Positions 13,748-21,984 of a stretch of 32,000 bases of DNA are shown here, piece by piece. The position numbers and the translations under genes are program-made. Numbering within the stretch: the first letter of the stretch is position 1; each line of letters begins with the position of its first letter. The notes beneath the pieces were generated by a model. The model was given only the letters and a program-made list of their open reading frames with translations, was not told the origin of the DNA and searched no databases. This DNA is from Pseudidiomarina andamanensis (GTDB taxonomy: Bacteria; Pseudomonadota; Gammaproteobacteria; Enterobacterales; Alteromonadaceae): the NCBI RefSeq assembly GCF_009734345.1, contig NZ_CP032551.1:1050001-1082000 (forward strand), read 5' to 3'.

Positions 13748-14011
13748 TTAGATTACTTCAGCGCGCTCTACAATCTCAACAAGTGCCCAAGACTTGGTCT
13801 TAGATACTGGACGAGTTTCGCGAATAATCACGGTATCGCCAGCTTTACATTCGTTGTTTTCATCATGTGCGTGCAACTTAGTGGTACGGGTAATGTACTT
13901 ACCATATACCGGGTGTTTTACACGGCGAGTTACAGCAACAGTGATAGACTTATCCATCTTGTCGCTGGTAACACGACCTTGCACAGTACGTACACGTTTT
14001 TCTTCAGTCAT
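13748..14011 (-). CDS. rpsQ: 30S ribosomal protein S17
   Basis: 87 aa. [33 protein letters not shown]... is close to E. coli S17. ATGA overlap with rpmC. Confidence 0.97.
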   Translation of the reverse strand: MTEEKRVRTVQGRVTSDKMDKSITVAVTRRVKHPVYGKYITRTTKLHAHDENNECKAGDTVIIRETRPVSKTKSWALVEIVERAEVI

Positions 14012-14202
14012 TACGCACCTGCCTTCTGATTCAAGATAGTTTTCACACGTGCGATATCACGACGCACTTGCTTCAACATGTGAGTTTGATTCAGCTGACC
14101 AGTGGCTGCTTGCATGCGCAGATTAAACTGCTCACGACGCAAACCTAACAACTCTTCGTTCAGCTGCTCAACGGTTTTTTCTTTCAGTTCGTTCGCTTTC
14201 AT
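14011..14202 (-). CDS. rpmC: 50S ribosomal protein L29
   Basis: 63 aa. [31 protein letters not shown]... is L29-like. Confidence 0.97.
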   Translation of the reverse strand: MKANELKEKTVEQLNEELLGLRREQFNLRMQAATGQLNQTHMLKQVRRDIARVKTILNQKAGA

Positions 14203-14615
14203 TACATCACCGTCCGAGTCACAAAGGTGGTTTTGAATGGCAGCTTACGTGCCGCAAGGTCAAACGCTTCACGCGCCAACTCTTCCGAAACACCGTCCAT
14301 TTCATACAGGACACGACCTGGCTGAATTTGAGCTACCCAGTATTCCACGCTACCTTTACCTTTACCCATACGCACTTCAAGAGGCTTCTGAGTGATTGGC
14401 TTGTCAGGGAAAACGCGGATCCAAATTTTACCTTGACGTTTCACGTGACGCGTCATGGCACGACGAGCCGCTTCGATTTGGCGAGCAGTCATACGACCAC
14501 GCTCAACCGATTTCAAACCGAAAGTACCGAAGCTGACTTTGTTACCTGCTTGCGCCAGACCGCGGTTACGGCCCTTGTGTACCTTACGGAATTTAGTACG
14601 CTTTGGTTGTAACAT
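14202..14615 (-). CDS. rplP: 50S ribosomal protein L16
   Basis: 137 aa. [21 protein letters not shown]... is L16. Confidence 0.97.
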   Translation of the reverse strand: MLQPKRTKFRKVHKGRNRGLAQAGNKVSFGTFGLKSVERGRMTARQIEAARRAMTRHVKRQGKIWIRVFPDKPITQKPLEVRMGKGKGSVEYWVAQIQPGRVLYEMDGVSEELAREAFDLAARKLPFKTTFVTRTVM

Positions 14616-14626
14616 ATCGTATCTCC

Positions 14627-15316
14627 TTACTTACGGCCTTTAGGGCGTTTTGCTGGAGCTGCTGGCTTTTCTTCAGCAACTGGCATACCGCCAAGAACTT
14701 CGCCTTTGAAGATCCATACTTTGATACCAATGATACCGTAAGTGGTGTTAGCTTCAGCGGTTGAGTAGTCGATGTCCGCACGCAATGTGTGCAATGGAAC
14801 ACGACCTTCGCGGTACCATTCGGTACGTGCGATTTCCGCGCCGCCTAAACGGCCGCTAACTTCAACTTTGATACCTTTGGCGCCAAGACGCATGGCGTTT
14901 TGTACCGCGCGCTTCATTGCACGACGGAACATAACACGGCGCTCTAGCTGGCCAGCGATGTTTTCAGCAACCAGTTGTGAATCAAGCTCAGGCTTGCGCA
15001 CTTCTGAGATGTTGATTTGCGCAGGAACACCAGTCAGTTTAGAAACTGCTTGACGCAATTTCTCAACGTCTTCGCCTTTCTTACCAATCACAACACCTGG
15101 ACGTGCAGTGTGGATAGTCACGCGGATGCTCTTAGCTGGACGCTCGATGACGATACGTGAAACTGACGCGTTAGCCAGTTGCTTGTTCAACATCTTGCGA
15201 ACTAAGTGATCGCTGTGCAGGTTATCAGCAAAATCTTTCGTATTCGCGAACCAGGTTGAATTCCATGGTTTGGTGATACCTAGGCGAATACCATTAGGAT
15301 GTACTTTCTGACCCAT
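14627..15316 (-). CDS. rpsC: 30S ribosomal protein S3
   Basis: 229 aa. [24 protein letters not shown]... is S3. Confidence 0.97.
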   Translation of the reverse strand: MGQKVHPNGIRLGITKPWNSTWFANTKDFADNLHSDHLVRKMLNKQLANASVSRIVIERPAKSIRVTIHTARPGVVIGKKGEDVEKLRQAVSKLTGVPAQINISEVRKPELDSQLVAENIAGQLERRVMFRRAMKRAVQNAMRLGAKGIKVEVSGRLGGAEIARTEWYREGRVPLHTLRADIDYSTAEANTTYGIIGIKVWIFKGEVLGGMPVAEEKPAAPAKRPKGRK

Positions 15317-15326
15317 AATTTATCTC

Positions 15327-15659
15327 CTAGCTATCTGATACAACCACAGTAATGTGGCTGGTACGCTTAAAGATACGATCAGCACGACCTTTCGCACGAG
15401 GCTTGATGCGTTTCATGGTTGGACCTTCGTCTACCATTACTTTAGCAACTTTTAACTCGTCGATGTCGGCACCTTCGTTGTGTTCAGCATTCGCGATAGC
15501 TGACTCCAACACCTTTTTCAGCAGCACAGCTGCGTCTTTAGGGCTGTAGTTCAGAATATCCAGAGCTTTCGCTACTGGTAAACCGCGAATCTGATCCGCT
15601 ACCAAACGGCCCTTCTGCGCAGAAAGCTTGGCAAACTTGTGAATAGCAATAGCTTCCAT
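15327..15659 (-). CDS. rplV: 50S ribosomal protein L22
   Basis: 110 aa. [26 protein letters not shown]... is L22. Confidence 0.97.
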   Translation of the reverse strand: MEAIAIHKFAKLSAQKGRLVADQIRGLPVAKALDILNYSPKDAAVLLKKVLESAIANAEHNEGADIDELKVAKVMVDEGPTMKRIKPRAKGRADRIFKRTSHITVVVSDS

Positions 15660-15671
15660 CTTATGTCTCCC

Positions 15672-15950
15672 TTAGCGTTTCTTCGCTTTCTTATCAGCGG
15701 CGTGGCCACGATAAGTGCGGGTTGGTGCGAATTCACCAAGCTTGTGACCAATCATTTCGTCAGAAACGAAAACTGGCACGTGCTGGCGACCGTTATGAAC
15801 AGCGATAGTTAAGCCGATCATATCAGGGATAATCATTGAACGACGGGACCAAGTTTTAATTGGCTTTTTGTCCCCGGCTTCCAACGCTTTCTCCACCTTA
15901 TTCAGTAGGTGAAGGTCGATAAATGGACCTTTTTTAAGAGAACGTGGCAT
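15672..15950 (-). CDS. rpsS: 30S ribosomal protein S19
   Basis: 92 aa. [22 protein letters not shown]... is S19. Confidence 0.97.
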   Translation of the reverse strand: MPRSLKKGPFIDLHLLNKVEKALEAGDKKPIKTWSRRSMIIPDMIGLTIAVHNGRQHVPVFVSDEMIGHKLGEFAPTRTYRGHAADKKAKKR

Positions 15951-15966
15951 GTCTAATCCTCAACTC

Positions 15967-16791
15967 TTATTTGTTGCGACGACGTACGATGAACTTATCA
16001 GTACGCTTGTTCTTACGGGTCTTATAACCCTTAGTCGGAGTACCCCATGGAGTAACCGGATGACGGCCACCAGAAGTACGACCTTCACCACCACCGTGTG
16101 GGTGATCAACTGGGTTCATCGCCACACCACGAACGGTAGGACGAACACCACGCCAGCGTTGTGCACCAGCTTTACCCAATTGACGCAGCATGTGCTCTGC
16201 GTTACCTACTTCACCGATGGTTGCACGGCAATCCGACTGAATGCGGCGCATTTCGCCAGAACGCAAACGTACAGTTACGTACGCGCCATCGCGAGCTAGA
16301 AGCTGTACTGACGCACCAGCTGAACGCGCCAACTGAGCACCTTTACCAGGCTTCATTTCGATAGCGTGAATCACTGAACCCACTGGAATGTTACGCAGTG
16401 GAAGTGCGTTACCGCTTTTAATCGGTGCATCTGAACCAGATACGATTTGGTCACCAGCTTTCATGCCTTTTGGAGCAAGAATGTAGCGACGCTCACCGTC
16501 TGCATACAGAACCAAAGCGATGTTCGCTGAACGGTTTGGATCATATTCCAAACGCTCAACTTTCGCTGGGATACCGTCTTTGTCGCGTTTAAAGTCGACC
16601 ATACGGTAGTGATGCTTGTGACCACCGCCGATGTGACGAACAGTAATGCGACCATTGTTGTTACGACCGCCTTTCTTGTTGTTTTTATCCAACAACGGGG
16701 CGTAAGGCTTACCTTTGTACAGGTCTTCGTTAACCACTTTAACTACGTGGCGACGACCTGGAGACGTAGGCTTACACTTAACTAATGCCAT
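15967..16791 (-). CDS. rplB: 50S ribosomal protein L2
   Basis: 274 aa. [21 protein letters not shown]...[13 protein letters not shown] is L2. Confidence 0.97.
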   Translation of the reverse strand: MALVKCKPTSPGRRHVVKVVNEDLYKGKPYAPLLDKNNKKGGRNNNGRITVRHIGGGHKHHYRMVDFKRDKDGIPAKVERLEYDPNRSANIALVLYADGERRYILAPKGMKAGDQIVSGSDAPIKSGNALPLRNIPVGSVIHAIEMKPGKGAQLARSAGASVQLLARDGAYVTVRLRSGEMRRIQSDCRATIGEVGNAEHMLRQLGKAGAQRWRGVRPTVRGVAMNPVDHPHGGGEGRTSGGRHPVTPWGTPTKGYKTRKNKRTDKFIVRRRNK

Positions 16792-16805
16792 GTGAATTCC
16801 TCCTG

Positions 16806-17108
16806 TTACTCAGCGCCGCCGACGAAGTCGATGTCCGCACCTTCTTTCAGGGTGACATACGCTTTTTTCCAGTCACTACGCTTACCAAAGCGAGCGCCGG
16901 TACGTTTGGTTTTGCCTTTTACGTTCACAGTGCGAACGCTATCAACCTCAACTTCAAACAGCTTTTCTACCGCTGCTTTAATTTGTGGTTTAGTTGCGTC
17001 TTTCGCTACTTTGAACACGACAGTGTTAGCAGTTTCTGCAGTCACAGTAGACTTTTCAGAAACGTGAGGAGCCAGAATTACAGTCAGCAAACGTTCTTCG
17101 CGCATCAT
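16806..17108 (-). CDS. rplW: 50S ribosomal protein L23
   Basis: 100 aa. [19 protein letters not shown]...DFVGGAE is L23. ATGA overlap with the rplD stop. Confidence 0.97.
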   Translation of the reverse strand: MMREERLLTVILAPHVSEKSTVTAETANTVVFKVAKDATKPQIKAAVEKLFEVEVDSVRTVNVKGKTKRTGARFGKRSDWKKAYVTLKEGADIDFVGGAE

Positions 17109-17710
17109 GATAATACCTCCTCGATTTGCTTCACTGCGTCAGCAGTCATCAAAACTTTTTCAAAAGCAATCAAGCTAACAGGGTCAAGACCTTGAACGTC
17201 GCGAACGTCAACTTTGTGCAAGTTGCGTGCGGCTAAGAACAAGTTCTCGTCAACTTCTTTAGTCACGATAAGAACGTCGTTCAAATCCATTGACTTCAGT
17301 TGAGCTGCTAATGCTTTAGTTTTTGGTGATTCAACACCAAACTTCTCTACCACGATTAAACGATCTTGACGAACAAGTTCAGACAAGATGCTTTTCATAG
17401 CACCGCGGTACATTTTCTTGTTTACTTTTTGGTCGTGGCTGCGTGGTTTCGCTGCAAACGTAGTACCACCAGAGCGCCAAATTGGGCTACGGATAGTACC
17501 TGCGCGAGCACGGCCAGTACCCTTCTGACGCCATGGCTTTTTGCCACCGCCAGATACTTCAGAACGCGTCTTTTGTGCCTTGGTGCCCTGACGAGCGCCT
17601 GCAGCATAAGCAACGACTACCTGATGAATCAGAGCTTCGTTGAACTCACGTCCAAAGGTAGCTTCGGAAACTTCAAGAGCGCCTTTTGCGTCTTTTAATG
17701 TTAATTCCAT
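17105..17710 (-). CDS. rplD: 50S ribosomal protein L4
   Basis: [42 protein letters not shown] is colinear with E. coli L4. I prefer ATG 17710 (GAGGAG SD 7 nt upstream) over the track start at 17716. Confidence 0.96.
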   Translation of the reverse strand: MELTLKDAKGALEVSEATFGREFNEALIHQVVVAYAAGARQGTKAQKTRSEVSGGGKKPWRQKGTGRARAGTIRSPIWRSGGTTFAAKPRSHDQKVNKKMYRGAMKSILSELVRQDRLIVVEKFGVESPKTKALAAQLKSMDLNDVLIVTKEVDENLFLAARNLHKVDVRDVQGLDPVSLIAFEKVLMTADAVKQIEEVLS

Positions 17711-17728
17711 CACCATTCTCCTCAGACG

Positions 17729-18373
17729 TTACGCCTTAGCCTTGACTGCTGGCTTGACGATTACATCGCCACCAATAGCACCAGGGACAGCACCGCGAAT
17801 CAGCAACAAGCCACGCTCTGCGTCAACACGTACAACGTCAAGCGTTTGTACAGTTACTTGCTTGTTACCCATTTGACCTGCCATCTTCTTGCCTTTGAAT
17901 ACCCGACCAGGAGACTGGTTTTGACCGATAGAACCCGGCGCACGATGCGACAACGAGTTACCATGGGTAGCGTCCTGAGTACGGAAATTCCAGCGCTTAA
18001 CAGCACCTTGGAAACCTTTACCTTTAGAGGTACCGGTAACGTCTACTTGTTTGGTGTCTGCAAAAATCTCAACAGTGATTTCAGAACCTACTGCAAAATC
18101 TTCACCTTCACCGTTCTCTAGGCGGAATTCCCAGAGACCGCGACCTGCTTCAACACCCGCTTTCGCGAAGTGACCAGCAAGTGGTTTAGTAACGCGGTTT
18201 GCTTTTTTAGTACCTGTAGTCACTTGAAGCGCGCGATAACCGTCAGTTTCCTCAGATTTAACCTGAGTCACACGGTTTGCTGTCACTTCGATCACAGTAA
18301 CAGGTACAGAAGCGCCGTCTTCTTGGAAGACGCGAGTCATTCCTACTTTACGACCGACTAGACCAATAGCCAT
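17729..18373 (-). CDS. rplC: 50S ribosomal protein L3
   Basis: 214 aa. [20 protein letters not shown]... is L3. Confidence 0.97.
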   Translation of the reverse strand: MAIGLVGRKVGMTRVFQEDGASVPVTVIEVTANRVTQVKSEETDGYRALQVTTGTKKANRVTKPLAGHFAKAGVEAGRGLWEFRLENGEGEDFAVGSEITVEIFADTKQVDVTGTSKGKGFQGAVKRWNFRTQDATHGNSLSHRAPGSIGQNQSPGRVFKGKKMAGQMGNKQVTVQTLDVVRVDAERGLLLIRGAVPGAIGGDVIVKPAVKAKA

Positions 18374-18411
18374 TGTTAAAACCTCTCGTGTGTAATCCTA
18401 TTACTGCCCGC

Positions 18412-18897
<486 letters not shown>

Positions 18898-18903
18898 CCG
18901 CGA

Positions 18904-18931
18904 ATTATACACTTTTGTAGCGGAAAAGCAA
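18904..18931 (-). promoter_or_regulatory. sigma70 promoter of the S10 operon
   Basis: Minus strand reads TTGCTT (18931-18926), 16-nt spacer, perfect TATAAT (18909-18904). Confidence 0.7.
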
Positions 18932-18935
18932 CGCT

Positions 18936-18964
18936 GTTATTGGTTATTCGTTATTGGTTATTCG
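18936..18964. repeat. heptamer array, left arm: (GTTATTG GTTATTC)x2 + G
   Basis: Four tandem 7-mers read directly on the plus strand. Inverted partner at 19039-19067. Lies at about -39 to -67 of the S10 promoter. Confidence 0.85.
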
Positions 18965-18965
18965 T

Positions 18966-19006
18966 GGAAAAGAAAAATCTCCGCTCACGGAGTGAGACGG
19001 AGATTT
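18966..19006 (-). terminator. Rho-independent terminator of the dipeptidase transcription unit
   Basis: Minus-strand RNA reads AAAUCUCCG-U-CUCAC-UCC-GUGAG-CGGAGAUUU (14 bp, one bulge) followed by UUCUUUUCC. Confidence 0.85.
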
Positions 19007-19038
19007 CCGGATTTAACGCTTTTGGTTTTTCGCTTTTT

Positions 19039-19067
19039 CGAATGACGAGTAACGAATAACGAATAAC
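19039..19067. repeat. heptamer array, right arm (minus-strand reading: GTTATTC GTTATTC GTTACTC GTCATTC G)
   Basis: Plus strand reads CGAATGA CGAGTAA CGAATAA CGAATAA C. It pairs with the left arm at 25/29 Watson-Crick positions. Begins 5 nt after the dipeptidase stop codon. Confidence 0.85.
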
Positions 19068-19071
19068 TCTT

Positions 19072-20271
19072 TTAGTGGTTGGCGGCGTAGGTTTCTACTT
19101 CGCGCCATACACGCACTAAGTTTTTATACAGAATCTTCTCGATCTCTTCTTCGCTGTAACCACGATCAAGAAGACCTTGAACTAAATTCGGATATGTTGA
19201 AACGTCTTTTAAGCCAACCGGCAATGAATCACCTACACCATCATAATCCGAGCCAATACCGATGTAATCAATACCAACAAGATTCTTCACATGGTCAATA
19301 TGGTTCAACACTTCTTCAAGTGTAGCGAACGGGAATGGGTTTTTGGCGCGAACTTCAGCGATGCGTTTTTCAGCTTCCTCGCTACCTTCGCCATATTGCT
19401 CATTAATCGCAGCAATTTGCTTACGAACGATATCGCCGTACCGGTTTGCCTGCTGAGTCACGAACGATGAACCGAAGTTGATCATGATAACGCCACCATT
19501 TTTGGCGAGGCCTTTGATCATCTCATCACTCATATTACGTTCAAAGCCTGGCGTATATTTACGTAGCGATGAATGTGATGCGATAACTGGAACTTCTGAT
19601 AACTCGACGGCTTGCCAGAACGCTTCGTCCGACACGTGTGAAATATCAATCATCACACCAACGTTGTTCATTTCTTTAACTAGTTCTTTGCCAAATGGGC
19701 TTAAACCATTCCACTGACGGCGAATATCATATGACGAGTCTGAAATGTGGTTCGACTGACTGTGCGCTAAAGTGATGTAGCGGATGCCACGATTATAGAA
19801 TTCGTGGAGATTTTTTAAGTCACCTTCAATCGGCGAGCCATTTTCCATCCCAAGGGCTATGGAAATAACACCGCGCTCTTGCTGCTGCATCACTTGATCG
19901 ACACTGTACGCCATAGCAAATTTTTGCGGCGCACGCCAAGCCAACGCTTCCATACTATCAATAAGCTGATGCGCTAACTGGTAGCTAGCACCTGGTGTTT
20001 GTTCTAGCTGCGCTGGAATATAAATCGACATAAACGGAACGTTCAAGCCGCCCTGCTTTGCGCGAGGGTAATCAAAGTCACCACGTTCTGTTGCGCGAGT
20101 GACGTCTTCCCAGTCTTTATTCAGGCGATATGGCACATCAATGTGTGTATCAATAATTAAATTCTTTTGCGCAATTTCATGCGCTTTGTCACTAGCTGTA
20201 TACTCTTGCGCTGTGGCAACAGTTGTTAGACTTAGGGCGCCAACCAAACCCAACATAAGTGGCTTATTCAC
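19072..20271 (-). CDS. secreted/periplasmic membrane dipeptidase, peptidase family M19
   Basis: 399 aa. Signal peptide MNKPLMLGLVGALSLTTVATAQE. M19 motifs IIDTHIDVPY, ITLAHSQSNHISDS, IDISHVSD, VIASHSS, IGIGSDYDG. GTG start with an AAGAGGAAG SD 7 nt upstream. Confidence 0.9.
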   Translation of the reverse strand: MNKPLMLGLVGALSLTTVATAQEYTASDKAHEIAQKNLIIDTHIDVPYRLNKDWEDVTRATERGDFDYPRAKQGGLNVPFMSIYIPAQLEQTPGASYQLAHQLIDSMEALAWRAPQKFAMAYSVDQVMQQQERGVISIALGMENGSPIEGDLKNLHEFYNRGIRYITLAHSQSNHISDSSYDIRRQWNGLSPFGKELVKEMNNVGVMIDISHVSDEAFWQAVELSEVPVIASHSSLRKYTPGFERNMSDEMIKGLAKNGGVIMINFGSSFVTQQANRYGDIVRKQIAAINEQYGEGSEEAEKRIAEVRAKNPFPFATLEEVLNHIDHVKNLVGIDYIGIGSDYDGVGDSLPVGLKDVSTYPNLVQGLLDRGYSEEEIEKILYKNLVRVWREVETYAANH

Positions 20272-20337
20272 GCAGCAACTTCCTCTTATTATAAGAATTA
20301 ACGGTGAAAATCAGCCTACCATATGTTTATGTTGCAT

Positions 20338-20454
20338 TCACTCGGATTTGTCGACGCTCATCGCAGTAGAAGCGATGACGACCGCACCAGCAACCACTGT
20401 ACCCAATACTGGTGCTGCCATCATCACGACAAGTAAACTGGACTGCATCCACAT
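20338..20454 (-). CDS. unannotated 38-aa single-pass hydrophobic peptide (MWMQSSLLVVMMAAPVLGTVVAGAVVIASTAMSVDKSE)
   Basis: Below the length cutoff of the ORF track. The ATG lies 4 nt after the TAA of the upstream 90-aa gene, and the GAGGA SD (8 nt upstream) is embedded in that gene's last codons. About 25 hydrophobic residues plus a charged DKSE tail. Confidence 0.5.
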   Translation of the reverse strand: MWMQSSLLVVMMAAPVLGTVVAGAVVIASTAMSVDKSE

Positions 20455-20458
20455 GCTG

Positions 20459-20731
20459 TTATTCCTCGTTACCAGTAATTAATTCAACGGCAACTTCAGC
20501 AACGTTGGTCAACATGCGAGATGGATTTAATGCGAGTTTTACTTCAGCAAAATATTGCATCAACTCAAGTTGGTTTTCAGATTTAACTTGTTGACGCGTA
20601 TTGCTTACTTCTTGCGAAATACTTTCTTTCAGAGACAATTCTAAATTACTGTCGGTTTGTTTTTCTTGTGCTTGAGCTGAACCGAATAAAAGAGCAGAAG
20701 CAACTACGATTGAAGTGATTGTGGTTTTCAT
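20459..20731 (-). CDS. small secreted acidic helical protein, unknown function
   Basis: 90 aa. Signal peptide MKTTITSIVVASALLFGSAQA/QE. The mature ~69 aa are Glu/Gln/Ser-rich. AGGAG SD 7 nt upstream. I recognise no family. Confidence 0.65.
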   Translation of the reverse strand: MKTTITSIVVASALLFGSAQAQEKQTDSNLELSLKESISQEVSNTRQQVKSENQLELMQYFAEVKLALNPSRMLTNVAEVAVELITGNEE

Positions 20732-20784
20732 GGGTAATCTCCTAGTTAGTGTTAATGGACTAATTATTTAGTCGCTAGGAGATA

Positions 20785-20800
20785 AGCAAAGGTTGTGCCA
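20785..20800 (-). promoter_or_regulatory. sigma54 (-24/-12) promoter
   Basis: Minus strand reads TGGCAC-AACCT-TTGC-T, against the consensus TGGCACG-N4-TTGCW. GG and GC are correctly spaced, and only the G at consensus position 7 differs. This was the only such match I could find on either strand of the window. Predicted TSS ~20774. Confidence 0.65.
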
Positions 20801-20841
20801 ACTTTTAATTTAATTACGAGAATTTTATTTTATTGTTTGAA

Positions 20842-20854
20842 TATCAACGAGTTA
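20842..20854 (+). promoter_or_regulatory. candidate IHF binding site
   Basis: TATCAACGAGTTA fits WATCAANNNNTTR exactly. It is preceded by the A/T tract AATTTTATTTTATTG and sits between the sigma54 promoter and the upstream palindrome. Confidence 0.4.
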
Positions 20855-20875
20855 CGACTAAAAACAAATTTAAGA

Positions 20876-20894
20876 ATTAACGTACCTAGTTAAT
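20876..20894. promoter_or_regulatory. palindrome ATTAAC-N7-GTTAAT, candidate enhancer (UAS) for a sigma54 activator
   Basis: Perfect 6-bp arms centred at about -110 relative to the predicted sigma54 TSS. Confidence 0.3.
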
Positions 20895-20909
20895 AAATGC
20901 TAGAGAAAC

Positions 20910-21932
20910 CTAACTCGCTTCAGTTGTGAAATTAGCCAATTTTTCGGCAAAAAGCGCACGTGCCGATGTGACTTCATGGTATGCAGCCTCTAAAACAGGC
21001 CGAGCTGCACTTGCTTGTGGGCCTTGCTGACTGAGAACTTGTCGCCACTTTTTAGCACCTGGCCCGCCTTGAAACAGCCCAATCATGTGTCGCAATACGT
21101 GCCAAGGTCGGCCGCCTTGCTCAACATGTCGATCAGTGTAGGCAATCATTGTTTCGATAACCGACTCGACATCCACGTGGTGATGGTATCCTAATAAGCC
21201 ATCAAACTCACTCAACAGATAGGGGTTTTGATAGGCTTCGCGGCCAATCATCACACCATCGACATGCTGAAGGTGTTCATTGATTTCGGCGACACTTTTT
21301 ATACCGCCATTAATCGATATGTGCAGATGTGGGTAACGCTCTTTCATACGATACACACGATCGTAGCGAAGTGGTGGCACGTCACGGTTTTGCTTCGGGC
21401 TCAGCCCTTTTAACCAAGCATTGCGGGCATGGAGAGTAAAATGCTGACAACCGGCATCCATGACTGGCTCCATAAACGCTTGGAGATATTCGTCACTATC
21501 GTGTTCATCAATGCCGAGTCGAGTTTTGACGGAAACAATGGTATTTGGTGCGGCTTCGCGCATTGCTTTAACACACGCCGCAACGGTTTCCGGCTCAGCC
21601 ATTAAACAAGCGCCGAAACTACCGTTTTGCACCCGATCTGACGGACAGCCAACATTAATGTTTACTTCTTGATAGCCACGCTCGGCAGCACGCACTGTGC
21701 ATTCAGCCATGGCGGCAGGATCACTACCACCAAGCTGAAGAACCACAGGTTGCTCTTCAGGATTAAACTGCAAAAAGTCCATTTTCCCGTGAATAATCGC
21801 GCCCGTCGTCACCATTTCAGTGTAAAGCACTGACTTTTGCGTTAATAACCGATGGAAGTACCGACAATGCCGATCAGTCCAATCGAGCATCGGCGCAATA
21901 GCAATCAACTTGTCGGCTTCATAATAAGTCAT
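20910..21932 (-). CDS. dusA: tRNA-dihydrouridine(20/20a) synthase DusA
   Basis: 340 aa. IAPMLDWTDRHCRYFHRLLTQKSVLYTEMVTTGAIIHGK...NVGCPSDRVQNGSFGACLM...INGGIKS...VDGVMIGREAYQNP is colinear with E. coli DusA. Confidence 0.95.
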   Translation of the reverse strand: MTYYEADKLIAIAPMLDWTDRHCRYFHRLLTQKSVLYTEMVTTGAIIHGKMDFLQFNPEEQPVVLQLGGSDPAAMAECTVRAAERGYQEVNINVGCPSDRVQNGSFGACLMAEPETVAACVKAMREAAPNTIVSVKTRLGIDEHDSDEYLQAFMEPVMDAGCQHFTLHARNAWLKGLSPKQNRDVPPLRYDRVYRMKERYPHLHISINGGIKSVAEINEHLQHVDGVMIGREAYQNPYLLSEFDGLLGYHHHVDVESVIETMIAYTDRHVEQGGRPWHVLRHMIGLFQGGPGAKKWRQVLSQQGPQASAARPVLEAAYHEVTSARALFAEKLANFTTEAS

Positions 21933-21984
21933 TCTACTTCTTCACTGCTGGTTCAATTCGAGCGCGCGATTCTACCACTCTCTA

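Noticed and set aside
15949-17698. Plus-strand ORFs antisense to rplB, rplW and rplD (15949..16299, 16785..17195, 16792..17067, 17366..17698); similar antisense ORFs occur inside BCCT, fadH, dnaB and other genes
   Set aside because: They are antisense shadows of highly conserved genes with strongly biased codons. They have no SD sequences, their composition is Ser/Thr/Arg-rich junk, and none resembles a known protein.
20384-20415. GCACCAG-N18-CTGGTGC inverted repeat resembling NtrC half-sites
   Set aside because: The spacing (18 nt) is wrong for the TGCACC-N5-GGTGCA NtrC site. It lies downstream of the sigma54 promoter, inside the 38-aa ORF, where Ala-Pro-Val and Ala-Gly-Ala codons generate it.
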